Shown in pieces: positions 13,001-28,000 of a DNA stretch of 64,000 nucleotides. How positions within the stretch are numbered: position 1 is the first letter of the stretch; every line of letters starts with the position of its first letter. The stretch covers positions 8,433,398 to 8,497,397 of the forward strand of contig CM119263.1 in assembly GCA_051294375.1 (NCBI GenBank), written 5' to 3'. A program made the position numbers and the translations under genes. The notes beneath the pieces were generated by a model. It was given only the letters and a program-made list of their open reading frames with translations. It did not search any database and was not told the origin of the DNA. The stretch is from Paraspadella gotoi (Eukaryota; Animalia; Chaetognatha).

Positions 13001-16000
13001 TTTATATCTAATAAAAACCGAAATTCAGGCCAACGACGAAAGCGCACCTTCATTGGGAGCCGACCCCGCTGCCGTCTGCGCATTGAAAAACCCTTCTCCC
13101 ACCGAAGCTCAAATGTCACCCCACCCGGCACCAGATTGCATTCTCACGGCTGCAATGGTCGCCGCTGACATCGGATGCGATTTCGAGTCGACGCCGACCT
13201 CCCCAATTCCAGAAGATCCTGGTGCCGCTTTGTGCGGTGTCGCCGTTCCCGACGCGCCCGTGGCGTCACCTTCCTTGGAATCGACGAGTTTCGGCAGAGT
13301 TGATCGTGTAATCGCGAATCCGGCGCCGACGACGACATCCAGCATTTCCTCGTTAACGCCGCTGTCGTCCACTCCCTCGTCAAACGTGTTCCGCGTCGTC
13401 CGTACGGATCAGGGATTCCTACGCGTTGTGTCGCCGGCTAACGCTGGGAATCTCTCCCTTGACGGCGGAGTTCTTATGGGCGCGAGGTATCGAATCTTGG
13501 TTCCTTCGACCATCGACTCCGGGGAGCAAACACAAATATCGAATGTTACTATGCCGACACAGTCTCAATCTACGCGGCCATCTTCTCGGCAGCCACGCCG
13601 GCTTCAACCTCCCAGTGCCGGAACTAAGGGTAATTCATTAGGTAAATAAAAATAGAGAAGTGGATTTACCTAAAAAATTCATGAGGAAGTATAACTTTAA
13701 AAAAGTTTCTTTGTACAATGTAGGAACGAAAAAATCCGCTCCGAAATCTTTCAACAACTCCGCGTCGTCTTCGTCACCGTCCGCACGAAGTAAAAGAGAA
13801 GCGACGCCCGAATCCACGAAAGTGGACTCGAGCTCCAAGGTCGGAACTACGGAGAACTTGATCAAAGACAAAGTAAGAATTTTAAGTAATTTACCGCATC
13901 TTACTTATTATGCTTATATGTCAGCTTGGTATTAAAAGAAAGTTGCAATGTTGTAAAGTGAGATTTCGGGATTTAATAATTTCGGGGAATTCTGTCTCCA
14001 GACAAAGCGGAACCTTGAACGCGACCGAGTTGCAAACTGGATGCTCATTGATCACGAATACAGCATCAGACCGCATTTCGCCGGTGCGTTTCTGCAAATG
14101 CTTCTATACCATCGCTAGAGAAAATTATCTATTTATAACCTAAGCTGATTTGATATATGAAATTGGTACAACCAATATATATTTTATTTAGCCCAAATAG
14201 TTATTAGGTGATATATTTTTTAAAAACTCGCTTATGGTATTATGATATTAAGTTCAGCAATTCATTTCTAAAGAATTTTTTGTTGTATAGCAGCCTTTTT
14301 TTCACCTGAGAAGATAAATTACAACCGTCCGTTATATTTTCAGATAAAAGCGGAACAACGTTACCAGACGATCGATCGGATTCTCAAGAACCATCAGAGC
14401 CTCTTTCCATGACGTCTTTTTCGTCGGCTACTCCAGCCACGGAGAATCTAGAAGATCAATTGGCACGAATCGCGCGCGAGGCAGAGTCGCAGCAAATTCC
14501 CGAATCCTCGCAATACCCTATTACTGAGCGGCATGAACCGACTCCCCCGCAACAACAACGTCCTCAAGATACCCCGCCGCAGAATCCCGTGGCGTCAGCT
14601 GCCTCTGTGCCTGGCGTTGAACTGGCTCCTATGCCGGAGTCTCGCAAAGAATTACCGTTGCTTAAGGTTAGTGAACGTGATAACATGACAACGAAGGAAG
14701 CCGTTAATGGCTAATTTTAATTTTAATTGTGCCGGTAATTTTACATTTTCTTGTAGGGAAAAAAAATGATCGATCGGGACAAACTTCCTAGTTGGACTCT
14801 AATCGACCACGAATACAGCGTGAGGCCTGATTTCGAGGGTAAGTATAAATGTATGTAGTCGCCCAGTCCACAAATTAAACTCTTTACATAACCAGAAAAA
14901 ATATCGCGAATCCTCCGACTATGAAAGTTGCAAAATTACTTGTTTCGTTATCTTTATTTTTTTTTTAGATTTAAAATAACTATTTATGATTTCATTTATT
15001 TGTTAAAATATTTTTGTATTAAATATTTTAATATACTATCATCGCAGCAAAGAATGACTATCATCGCAGCAATGAATATGACTATCATCGCAGCAATGAA
15101 TATGACTATCATCGCAGCAATGAATATGACTATCATCGCAGCAATGAATATGACTATCATCGCAGCAATATTTGGTTATCATCGCTTCAATCAATTACTA
15201 TTGCATCAATAATTTTTTATCGCATCAATCATTTGGTATTTTTTTTAAATTTTTTCATTAATTTTCTTTGATAGTAACGTCTGGCGAGATCACTATACTT
15301 TTAAGATTATTGTTTATTATTTAATAATAAAATCTGCTATTGCAATTTGATTCCGCTTTAAGGGGACTGCATAGTCTACTTTCGTGATGAGGAGAAGCAA
15401 GGATGCGCGCGAACGAGAGGCGTTGCTGATGAGTGTCCCTCGCAGATCGGAGAAAAGATTAAGATTAAGGGGAAGAAGAGGCTGGTGAGTTGGATGACAA
15501 ATGAGAATGTAGAGAAGACTCCTGTAGTAAATTGGAAATTTTATTCTTCAAAGATTTTTATTAAATAAAGTTAATGGCTGCCTCTTGGCAGCCTTAATTT
15601 CTCACTGCCCTGCTTGTTTTGTTAGAACGTCTACGCGTCGCGCGGCCGGCCTCGAAAATCCGCTCAACTCTTCGGCGACGATGAAAGCGACGATGACGCC
15701 GACGCCGTCGACGGAACGCCCGACGTCGAGGATGAGGATGAAGCCGACGAAGAAAAGGAAAAGAGGGAAGGGGAAGAAATGCCCGTCGGCGTTAAAAAGG
15801 AGAGGGAGGAAAGGTCGGCGAGGGAGTACGACAAGTTCACCACCTGGTTCACCAAATTCGCCGAGAAGAACGGAGCGAAAAGGCGGAGGTTTGATACCTG
15901 AGATTATTAAGGCTCTGGTCGGATTTCCTTCATTTCAATTATTTTCAGACATTCATTCTGGAAATCCTTTATTTCAGAGCTCAAGTCCCAGACGGGAGTC

Positions 16001-19000
16001 GTTTGGAGACCCTGAACAAGGACGTGGAGTTTCTAACTCGAGGACGAAGCCGAACGGCCCCGAGGATGAACAACCTTAATCCAATCCTGTCGAGGAGGCT
16101 CGCCGGTAATGATCTTGCGGTTTGGGTCTTATTGTGTAGGACATAAACTCTCGTTGTAGTCCGTCGCTCTTAATTTCCTTTTGTAAAAGTGTTTACAAAT
16201 ATAAACAAATCAAATCGATTCATAAAAACAGGCCAATGAAATAAAACTTACATAAATAATTTTAAGGGTCCGTAACGAAGGACGACCGCGTCGACGCTCC
16301 TACAAAACAATACAAAAAGCCGCAAAGTATGCAGTATGCACTATACACTGACATGATACGAACGAACATTGTTCGGTTATAATGCAGTAATGAATAAATA
16401 CTGTCTTTATAGGTCCTGCTCACGACTCGTCCCGTCCGGCTATGACCGTAATGGACCTATCAGACATCAAACCAATCTCTTCCGAAGGTGATAACAATAA
16501 TACCAAATCGAAAATATCAAGTATTACTATAAGCGATGTCTTTTGTACTGGTATGACCGAGCGTTTTTTTCTTTCATTTTCGTAGATCCAAACGAATCGG
16601 CTAACAAAAGAACTCCACCGCGATCGGGGGTAATTTATGAGACAAAGGGGGTGCAAGCAGAGATATATATTTTACATTATTTATGTTAACTCAGTATTAA
16701 CTTAATATTTGGAGACTTGTAGGTGGATTTATAATTTGAAATCTGAGAGTACTAGTTTCACCTATAATTTTAGACTGCATCTTTTTTGTCGCCATCCTCA
16801 ATGGAGAAAACGCCTGATGATCCTACGTCTGATCTGAGTAGCCTTTTACCTCTCCCGCAAGGTGAGCTATTTTGGATTTTCGTAATATTAGTCAATTTAC
16901 GATGTAACTTAGCCCAAGTTAGTCTTTATGCAATCTTCAAATTTTTTTATCCGTAGGTGGACTCTCGGACATCGAAAATATGTTCATTAACTCGGTCCTC
17001 GAAAACATCGGCGGTGGTGAAACTGACAACGAGACCATGTCCCCCGTCAAACCGGTTAAGGGCCTCGCCACCGTTACTGGAGCCACCACCCCTCCTGTCT
17101 CTGTCAACGAATGTGACAGCCACTGCGCCGTGACTTCGGTCGAAACCTCGGCAGGTAATCGTCTATCGAGATAGTATGGCAACTGCCCTTGTAGGTTGGG
17201 CATTTCACCTTTTGGCGTTTGGGGCTTTGGACCATCAGTGGCGCCACCTCCAACTGGCGCTGTTTTACTTGTACCAACACTGATTGCTAACGAGGAAGTC
17301 GTTAGGTCTGTAGATATAGCTCACTGTTGTGATGGTGGGTTTTCCCATTAGGATTGGCTGAATGCAGCAAAAGGTGAGGCGGTGTGGTTAGATGACCACA
17401 ATAGCATAAACGACGAACCAAAGAGCAATAGTTTCAAACGTGAAAAAAATGTCTTTTCTTTAGCTATGTTTATTTTCTTTATTTCCGACGCTCAAGCCGA
17501 AAATGTCGTCGTGGAAAAACTTCCTAAGGAGGCGCAGATTGAGAGCTTCGCCGGAAATCGCGATGCGCCGTCGAGATCGACGTCTCAGGGTCCGTACTAA
17601 ATTCCGTTGTATTATTCTGATATCCCCTTTTTTTGTTTATGTTGACAATCTGTTCTCTTTTTGTAGATCCTCTTCATGATCCTTTGAAGCTCGCCGCCGA
17701 CTCTGACTTCAAATCCGGCGCCGAGCATCAAAGCGCTCCTTTCAAAGATGTCGGAAATTTTGGGGAGAACGTTTCTGGTGAGACGGAAGAGTCTTCAGGG
17801 GGTTTCTTTCAAGTTGTGCAAGTAGCTTTGAAATGATTCGGTTAACCGGTTGACTGAATGGGAAATTGGGAATGATAGTGAACGCTCATGATTCCGACGC
17901 GCGTTTCTAGGAAACCGCGAAGCGATCGAGGCGGCGATGCGGATTCTTTCTGAGGCGATGCTCAACGACCCCATGATGACGCAGAACCTCAGCGAGCTAC
18001 TGACCGAAGAAAATTTCGCCGAATTTTCCGCCATGGTGAGTCTACGCGAGGTTATCTTGGAAAGTTCGAAAAGTATGGAATTGATTATGGAAATAGAATT
18101 GTGTATGTGCACTGAGAGCGCGTTTCTTTCGGTAGGCAAATCCGAACGATATTTATCAAGAGACGCATCCTCCTGTTGGGGCTAACTTCGAGGACCCTTC
18201 GACTAGGTGAGTTTTTTTTCTTTATCAGTTTATTAGTAAGTAAGTAAATGGAACGAATTCATTCCGACCAGGGCGACGGATACCACCGCGATTCCGCCGG
18301 AGGCGAAAACGGAGTCGGCAACTGCGCCAGCGACCTCCTCCGTCGCTTCCAAGTTCGGAGGTATGCTTTGTAAATAAACCTTAAAAGACGTAAGTTTTCG
18401 TAAGATATTTATGGTCTTAACCTTTATTAAAGGATTATTCGCCGCTTCCCCTCAAAAATTTAAAGATGGCTTGACCCGCCTTCTGGAAAGGTTGGTCAAC
18501 TTTGAAATATAGATTAAAAATGCGTAACGCCTTCTCAAATTCGTCTTCTCCCCCGCCTTTTTTTCTTTTCTCAATCTGTCCTCTCAAGTCCACTCAAGAA
18601 AGACGATCGGCGAAAAGATCTTTTCTCTTTGAACATCGACGACTCTGGCGGAACCATCGACGCCGTCGGCGGCACTGCGACGTTGGCATCTTCTTCGGGG
18701 CTGGAGTTATTTCCCGAAGCGGTCCTTAATGAGGACTTGCCTTCCTTCAACGTTAACAGTCCCGTTCGGCCAGGCGCGTCGTCCGTCACCTCAACTCCGA
18801 TTCACCCACTTTCCGCCGCATCCCTCGTGCCCGGTCTTCCACCCGCTCTCGCCTCCACCGCCTCACTCGCTTCCGCTCCCTTTCCTCCCGCTCATTGGTC
18901 GTCCCAGCTGCAGCAAATCACGCCGCCGCCGCAAAAACTGCCGTCGCCGCCAAATCCCCAGCCGTTGGCCTCCACTCCGTTGCCCCCGACGCTGACTACT

Positions 19001-22000
19001 GTAAACGTGTTTTATAATGACCTGCCCGCCATCGTCCTCGACGGAGTCCCGATGATAAGGCTCGCCGACATTCATCATCAGGCATGCGATGGCGATTTTT
19101 AATATTCTATGCTATTACAATAATGACAACGGTCGAATTGCCTGTGACATCACCGAGGGGCTGACGTCGGGGCTGCAGAGTGCGGTCCCTCATTGGACGC
19201 CTCCTGTAACTGGCATGTTCAAACCGGTCCTGTATGGCGACTACTTATTTAGAAGAAGAGCCATAAATAAAAAGTACATTTTACGCATTCAAAGTATAGC
19301 AGTTTAAAAGCAGTATCCTGTTTCGAAATGAGGTGATTTATAATGACCAGCAATTAAGACGAGGCTAAAAGCGGACAGTATCGTAGTGATGCGTCTGAGG
19401 CGGCTTCACGTTGTATCGCCACAGTAGACAATTTTTACACTGCAGATGTTGTGCGATCCTTAATCGTCAATATTCGTCTCTTAGGTTTTACGCGACAAAA
19501 ACACCAGCGCTCTTCGTCGCAAAGTTCAATCAATGGGTCTAAAATTTTCGGAGATCAGTGAACGACAGCGCGACCTCCTCATTCGCTACGATCCCTTTTC
19601 TGGTTTGTCGAGCTCTCGTTTGTGTGTCGGTTACATTTCGATTGGTTTAAAAAAACGTTTTTCAATTAATTTAGACCAACGATCAAATTCGTGCGTCGTC
19701 GTCACCCCCGATGTGGCTCACTCCGTTATCGATTCTTACGTCAACCCCAAAAAGTACCGCGCCACTTTGGCTAACGCCGGATACGCTACGCCGCGCGCCA
19801 TTGGGTCCGCGCCTCGTAATGTCGATGGCGCGACGCCAAGACTCGGTGATGGCGCAGTACCGGAAGCTGCGCGTCTCTCGTCAAGATTGGAGTACTTGGA
19901 GGCCGACGACGCTTATGGAGGTAGTCGGGAAGGGCGTTAGATAACACGTGAAGTGTTGCTACAAAATTTTATTATTGTAAATAATAAATTCAAAATAAAT
20001 TAAGAACGCAATTTCTTTTTTTTTCTTTTTTAAATTAGGCTTCAGCCCCGTGACGCACTTTAAGCCGAAGAAAAAAAGCAACAAGAAGAAAAAGAAGAAA
20101 TCGTCCAAATCTCGGATCGAAGCGCCGAGAAGGCGCGACGCCTTCTACCGCTCCCTCCCAATTTCGGTTAGTCTCATGTAAACTCTGCGCAGTTTTGTTA
20201 TTTCAAATCTTGCTTCGACAACGAAAACTTATGAAACTCCAGACGACGCCGAGGACCTCGTCGGGTGCTGCTCCGGTGTCCTCTCAAAATGAGCATCACT
20301 CCTCAGCTCAGAATTGGGGCGACGCCGCTGACGAACCGTTGGCTTCAGACGAAAAACCTTCACCCAACGATTTTCAGGTTTTGGAGTGTGGAACGTAATC
20401 ACTAATACATTTTCAATAAAACTATTTCAACGTTATATTTTTATTTGTTATTCTCACCATTCAGGCTCGCAACGAGGAGCTTCGTTTGAAACGTCTGAAG
20501 ATGGCGTCGGAGGCGTCACGAAATCAATCGCCTGCGGCCCGCGCGCTCACCTTTGAGGGAGAAGCGGTAGGCGACTTGTTTGATATTGATATTGTAATAA
20601 AAAGGAGATATTAAATAATCAATAGGCCAGAATTTTACTGAAGATGGTCTTTAACGAAGCGATATATTGTTTCATACAAGGAACAATTACAATTACTCCT
20701 TAAGTTTCATCCTATTTCCTTGTCCAGAACTCGACCCCGTCAACTCCTTTTGACGTTAGTCTGCCCTCCCGTCCCCCCGACGTCGGTGGATTGTCGACTC
20801 GAGTTGCGAGGATCAGCGGCACCAGCGGATCTGAAGTCACGCCCGCCAACGATTCCAAGTCTTTGGCGGATCTTATGGCCCGAGCTGAGCACGCTGCTCT
20901 TGGACAGAGACAGGTTCGAAGTTAAAAAAAAAAGCATTTATTTATTTTGTTTTTTGGCCAAAGAGCTAAAATTATTCCTTTTGCAGAATCGCGGGTTGCT
21001 GATGCGGAAAATTCTTCGGGAGCAAAGAAAGAAGAGAAAGAAGAAGGCCGACAAAAAGAACAAAACCAAACGACAAGACGAAAAAAGCGACTCTGTCAAC
21101 AACGAATATGACGATGACGCGAGCGAAGCGGAGTCCGTCACTTCTAAAATTTCTTCGCTGAGTAACAGGTCGGAGGAGATTGGGTTTTCCAAGGCTTCAT
21201 ATTCTACTTTAATGAGAACTTTTTATGTACATGTTTAACGTAACCGATTACAAAAAAAATTGATTATGTATGTTATTATGAATGTAGGAGTGGGACTCGG
21301 GTTATAAATTATATATATATATATATATATGTAATTATCTTGTAAGAGTGATGGAGGCCTTAAACCACCAAAGCCTGTCCAAAGTCAGGGGCAAGATAGC
21401 TTATTTATTAAATGAATGGATAATTTTTATATTGGTTGTACCAATTTCATATTATTTGTTACTTGCATCTTCAGTGATAGTGCTCGCGCTGCCTTTCTAG
21501 TTTACCTGAGATTTATTACAATAGCTAAATAACTAAATACAAATAGAAATATAATTTATCTTTATTATTATAATTATTGTTTATTGAATACAACTATTCA
21601 ACACTTAATACATTGAGCAAGGACTTCAGAGATATGGGACTCTAACATGAGAGTACTTCCCTTGAACCAAACCGACCATTGATTTCACCTTTGAATATTG
21701 TAAAGAATTTATGAGTTATAAAAAGGTCCGCCAGGATAGAGATAAACTCTCAATCATTAATGACATAATCATTCTATCAAACCATCACAAAACCATCCAT
21801 GAGTCAACCAAACTACTAAACAATATAGAAGAGTAATGTAAAATCCAAAAATATGCTTAAAAATATTACAGTACAAAAATCAATTGGACTTAAAATGATT
21901 TACCACTAAATGCAAATGAGATTGATGAAATCTCAATCTCATCTTGTATTATTCTAAGAATCCATCTCTTACATTAATACTATGACCACCTGAAACTAAA

Positions 22001-25000
22001 GGTGTCTTTCCTTTTCTCTGGGTCGTATAAAAATATTGACGCAGAAAAAAAAACTATATAGATGTTACTGTAACAGGCCGTAACGGTGCTTCCGGTTTAT
22101 TCCAGTGGAAATTCAGTGAGGAAGGGAAGGGGGAAATGCCGAAGCCTTAGATATTTTAGACATTTGTATAAAAAAAAAAAGTTTGAAATTATGTGCATCG
22201 CTGATCTTTTTCATCCATAATAAATCAAATCAAATCAATCCAGATCCTCTTCATCTTCTGTCCATCGTCGTCGTCGGAGAGGGTTGACCGACCGTGACGC
22301 CACTCCGGAGGCGGTATTGGCGCCGCCGCTTCCTCACTCGACCACCTCTTTCCCCATCTCCTCCCCAGTCCCTGCTTCTGCTTCTCACCCAGTCACTGAC
22401 TCTACTCCTGAAGGCCTCCCCGTCCCAGTTCCCGATTCTCTTCCCGCTATTCCAAAATCCAACGTCAAACCTACTACCTTCTCCGATGACCACAAGCTTC
22501 AAGTCACCCCTCACGTGAGACTTGAGTGCATAAGCGGAGAAGTGGAGGCTTTTTACCGGCGGAGCAAGAGGCCCGTCAAGCAGAAAGTAAGGAATTATCC
22601 TATACTTCTATTTTGCATAGCGCTGTTACCAACTTGTTTAAAATCCAACATTCATTCTTTCTTTCCTCTCGAATTCAATTGTTGTTCGAATAGTTGACGG
22701 TTTGCATGTTTGCCTTGTGTTTCGGTTTTATCGCATATTTGACTCGAAATATTTTTTTTGGTAGTTAACCATAATTTATTTAATGATTAACTAATTTTTC
22801 CGTCCGCCATTTTTATAGGCTCACGACGACGACGAAGGTTACGCGGTTATGGGCATTAGAAAGTCGACTTCGACGGAGGCAACGCCAACATCGAAAGCAG
22901 CGGAGACGAAGACGAAAGACACTTTGACGTCACCGAAGACGTCGGCGATAGCTACGATGACGATGTCACCAAAGGAGATTGAAGATCCTCCATCCATCTT
23001 AAAAAAGGAGACGAGTAAGTCGGGCAACTGTAGAAAAAGGGTTAGGATAAATGGGTGTTGAAAGAAGAATCTCGCGGACGTATGTAAGTACCCTCCTATA
23101 TGAGTTAACGTTTGTGAATAAAATATGGGGCCCTTTTTTTTTTTCCAATTATATTACGTAGTTGATTAAGATTTATAAGGGCCATGTTTTATCGCTCGTG
23201 TTTGACAAAGTTTTTTTCAATTTTACAGAGCTCCAGCGTTCTCAGTCCGCCGCACGTTCTCCCTCCTCAGCCCCGAGGCCTACCCTCTCCTGTTTTGACT
23301 GTTCCGCCTCTTTTTGTCGCCCCTCCGAAGTAGTCCTCCACCAAATGTCGACCCACTCCACCTTCCGTCCCTTCGTGTGTCTCTTCTGTGGCAAGTCCGC
23401 ATCCAAACGTGACCGAGTACGAAAACATTTGCGGCTGCACCATGACTTCGATGAGGAAGAAAGTGGAAAGGGTTACAGCGTGGAAAATCTCATGCAGGTG
23501 GCCAAAATAAAGGAGGGAAAAAAATAAAGAATTATATAAGAGAACCGAGAATTTAAATAAGTGATTTTTCTCGTAGTTGAAGCGAAAGTTGAAAGAACTG
23601 GGCGGCGCCGAATCGGAAGCAAACCGAAAGTTAAAGTTTGGCGATGAATCGGCTCCCCGCGCTGTCACGCCGGAGTCGACGGCGACGCCTTTGACTAGTC
23701 CCGGTTCCGAATCAACGCTTCATGCCTCTGAGGATGAACCACCCTCTCCAACTCGGACGGTTGCTTCTTCGTCGAGGTTAGTCTGTTTTTTAAGAGATTG
23801 ATATTAAGATAAAGAAATCCTCAATAACTCTTTTATAATCTCTTACTTCAGACGGAAAAAACAAAAGATTCAAGTGATGTACCAGTGTCGAATTTGCAAG
23901 AAGTTAACACAAGGCCGATCTGCTTGCACGAAGCACTGTCTGTTTAAACACGGCATCCCTAAGAAGGCAGTAGATTGCTACATCGGGGTTAAGCAGGTTA
24001 GAATGAACTTCTTTTAATTTAATGTTCTTTTCTTCCTAACGCGAATTCTTTTATATATATATATTAATAAAAAAAATTGTTTAGGTCAAAGTCACCTATG
24101 AACCTGTCCCCAGCTACAAACGCTTGAACCGCGAGAGAGAAGAACGTTCCTCTGTCGCCTCGTCTAAATCTTCGGCTTCATCCAAATCCCCCGCTTCGTC
24201 GAAATACGCTTCTCCAAAATCAACCGCCGCAGCATCCTCCTCCTATTCGACTGCTAAATCTCTCACATCGCGCCCCACATGGAAAGTTTTTCCTCCTGAA
24301 CCGTCGATTGATGCTCCGAAAGTAACGGCTAACGTCGAACGAATGCCTCTCGAATGCGAAGTCAAAACGGAAGTAAAAACCGAACCGATGTCGCCCTCTC
24401 AGACAACGATTGAAGAACCGCAGGAAATACGATCCGTGCCGGAAACTGCGTCGACGGGACCGGAAGCGGTAGCTGGCGAAATGTCGGCGAACAGTTTTAA
24501 CCACTACGATGCGGAAAAAACCACGAAGGAAGCAATGGAAGAAGGCGACGGTGTGCTCGATGATGGAGGCTCCGATCTTTCTCTTACTCGATCTGTGACT
24601 CCCTCTCTCGTTGAATCGACGACGTCTACGAATAAGAAATTGGCAGAAACAATGGCCAAAGTCGGTGCTAATCCTTTGTCGCCGATTCGCATATCCCGAC
24701 GTCGTTCTTCCGTTGCAGATTATCCAGAAAAAACTGCGTCTCTAGGCCCGACTTTAATATCGCCGACCCCCAAACCATCTAAATATAAAGGGTGGGTATA
24801 CGTGACGGAGTGGGTTCCCGCCGCGCAGTTGGTAGAGGAGGAAGAAAGAAAAGGGAAGAGGGATCGGGGAAAGAGAGGGAAGGAAGCGAATGTGAACAAG
24901 AAAAGCGACGAGCGATTGGGACAAGGGACTGCTAGCGAAGAAGCCTACAGAGGCTTAGAAATAGATGAGCGCCCAGAATTGAATAGCAAACTGGAAACAA

Positions 25001-28000
25001 ATGAAGAAGAAGTCGAAGAGTTGGTTAGAGAAGCGATCTTAGAAGTTGACAAAAGATCAAGCGAAGAACCAGTAAGCGAATTGCAGGGCGTCGTGGCAGG
25101 AGATGAGGAGGAAGAAGAACCACCAGGAGTAAGCCTGAAAGCAATATTGAGCGACGTTGGCGAAGTATCGGGTGGAAAAACTGACCGAGAATCGTTTCGA
25201 GTGTCCGGAAAGAAAGGGTTACGTCACGACGATTCGTTTCTCCTCGTGAAAGTCGATGTTAATTCGCGAGTTTACATCGCAGATTCTGATATCGATGAGA
25301 ACTTATCTCCCTCCGAAGGAGACCAGGGTAAACGGCTTAAGGCTAGGTTTTCTTCTAATGACAAAAAAGATTTAACGGTAGACAATTCAACAAAAGTCAA
25401 TGCCTCCTCTATTGCTCTTAATGAAATAAACGACCAATTAAAAGAGCAACGCGAGAAGGAAGATTCGTCCGTCGCCGCGACGATTGCGGAAAAAGATAAA
25501 AATTCTATAAATAGAATTACATCCATCGATCCGGACATTTTACAAGAAAACTTGAAACTTTCATTCGGCGAGAAACATCGATCTCAACGTAAAGGGGCCA
25601 AATCGGTTGAAATGCAACGCATTTCTGCTGACGAAGAAAACAAAGAAGGCGACGACGGCATCTTATCGCAGACAACAATCGCTGACGCCTTATATCGCTC
25701 GAAGGAGGCCGGTTTTAACTCCTTCGCCGCTGCGCCTTCTCCTATATCTGAAGCCGTTGCGTCTCCCACTCCTAGCGTCGCGTCGCCATCTCTTTCTTTG
25801 TCCGAGACAGAGCGAGGCCGCCCCATGAGCACGCCGTCCTCTCGTCGCTCCTCGCGCGCCAACACGCCGTCCTCGTCGCGCCACCGACGCCGCCAACGTG
25901 GCGGCGTTGTTTCGGCCGCCAACTCTCGCTCCGCCACCCCTGAATCTCGTCGCCATCGCGCCACACTTCCAGACCAGTCGGCCTTCCTCCCTTTATCGGC
26001 CCTTCCTCGTCCCCTTTTCGATCCCCGACCCGCCGTGTCGAAATTTCCCGGCTCCTCCCTCCACCATCGTCGCCATCGTCCTTCCGCCGTCCTATCCGCC
26101 GAGCAACTCATGCGAGTAAACGCCATGCGAGCCCCACTGCCGACGCCGCTCGATGCGCGTGCCAGTCGGCGAGCGGCGACCGTGGGCGCCTCTTCGCCGA
26201 TCGCGCGTGCCAACGAGAGCGCGGCGATGGATACCGCGGACGAACGCGACGACGTCGAATCCAACGAGGCACGCGCATCATCGAAGGAGGGAGAAAGGCG
26301 GGATTCGGGTCCAGTCTCGTCGCTCTCCTCGTCTCTTCGACGTCGCCTCGCGCGTCCCCCCGACCGAAAAGCGGGGGCGAAAACGAGTAGGGCGCGGGGC
26401 GAGGAGAGCGAGGTCGTAGAGAGAAGGAGACGCGAGGAATCCAGAGAGCGAAACGAGTCGGGCCAAACAGGACAAAAACGAGTCGATGGGGAGGGACACG
26501 CTCCGAAAGGAGCCGAAGGAGGAGGAGGAGGAAACACGAAGAAGAACGAGGAGGAAGAGGAGGAGCAAGATGAAGAGGAGGAGCGCGTTGAGAGTCGCCG
26601 AAAGGGAGCGAAGCGTCGTCGGGAAGAGTCGGACCAATCAGAGACCGAGGAAACGGGTGGAGAATCAATCCGAGATCAAGACGACCTAAAGGACGACGTC
26701 GAACCGGAAACGACGACAACAACGACGACGCGTGCGGACGGAGAAGGAAAAAGAGAAAGAGCGTCCCGTTCGAAAAAGGGTTTCGTCGACGCGGACGACG
26801 ACGACAACGACGACGATCGGAACTCGTCCCTTCGTGTGTCGGTCGCTCGAAGAAGAAAGCGACGGCGACTCGATGCTTCCAGTCTTCCTTCGGCATCGGA
26901 GAACGATGACAGAGACTCCTCTCGCGAACGAAAAATACCTCGGAGAAAAACCGGATTCCGTCATTCAAACTCGGTCGACGACGAAGTAGAAGACGCCTCG
27001 ACTCTCCATCACCATATTGCGCCAGTTGAAGCTAAAGACTGTGACAGCGACGCTTGTCGCCGTTCTCAAGGTAACAAAAAAACGTCGTCCGCTCCTGTAG
27101 TAGAATTATTGCGGCTTCCGGTCTCGGTCTTGCATATGCCAACCGTTAAGATCCTAGCACCGCGAATCCTTTCAGATGAAGATGACGATCTCGATGTTGA
27201 AGAAGACGTCAAGCTCTCGGGAAGCGAGCTAAATCTTAATTCCTTACATCAACGACAACAACAACGCAGCTCGCAACCTGCGACCGAAGTAAAATCTGAA
27301 AAGGCGTATCGGACGGAAAACATCGTCTCGGCGGACAGGAAAAAATCTATATCCTCGCGAGACAAGGTCGAAGACAAGAACGAAGAATCGCGAGACAAAG
27401 TACAACGACCGCGCCTCTCTATCGACGCCGCCTCTGAGTCATCGTCCTCCCTCGAATACTCGTCCTCCTCCCCCCCTCGACGCCCCGCCACGAGAACGAC
27501 GCCGTCTTTCCCCCCTCCTCCTCATCGTGGCGCCGCCGGCGTTGTTACTCGGCGTTCTCTCTCCTCGTCTTCCTCCTCGGTGCCACGCAGGCGCGGCTTC
27601 GCCGCCGCCGCCGCCGCCGACATGCGAGCCTACAGCGACGAACGACGATCGCGACGACCGAGGAAATCTTCGTCGGGATCGTCCTCGATTGCGAAGCCGA
27701 CGTGGATGACGACGATGACGAGCGACGACGAACACGAAGACGATAAACTCGTCGTCGGTTCGGTTGCGTCGTCGTCCTCATCGTCCTCCTTTAGGCCGAA
27801 AGCGTTTGACACGGAAAGCGAAATGGCGGAGGAAGCGAGTCGTGCAGAAAGCGAGACTATGCCCGACACGAAATCTTGCACGAACGTTAAGGCCGTTGCG
27901 GAGACGGAGAATAGAGAGGGCGATGATGCGACAACTCCCGAACCGACGACCTCTAATTCAGCACCGCTTCCGTCGCTCGTTTCAACGCCACAATCTCCTC

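Noticed and set aside
15035-15168. CRISPR-like array or repeat protein (MTIIAAMN)n
   Set aside because: No spacers, eukaryotic context, and it lies in an intron.
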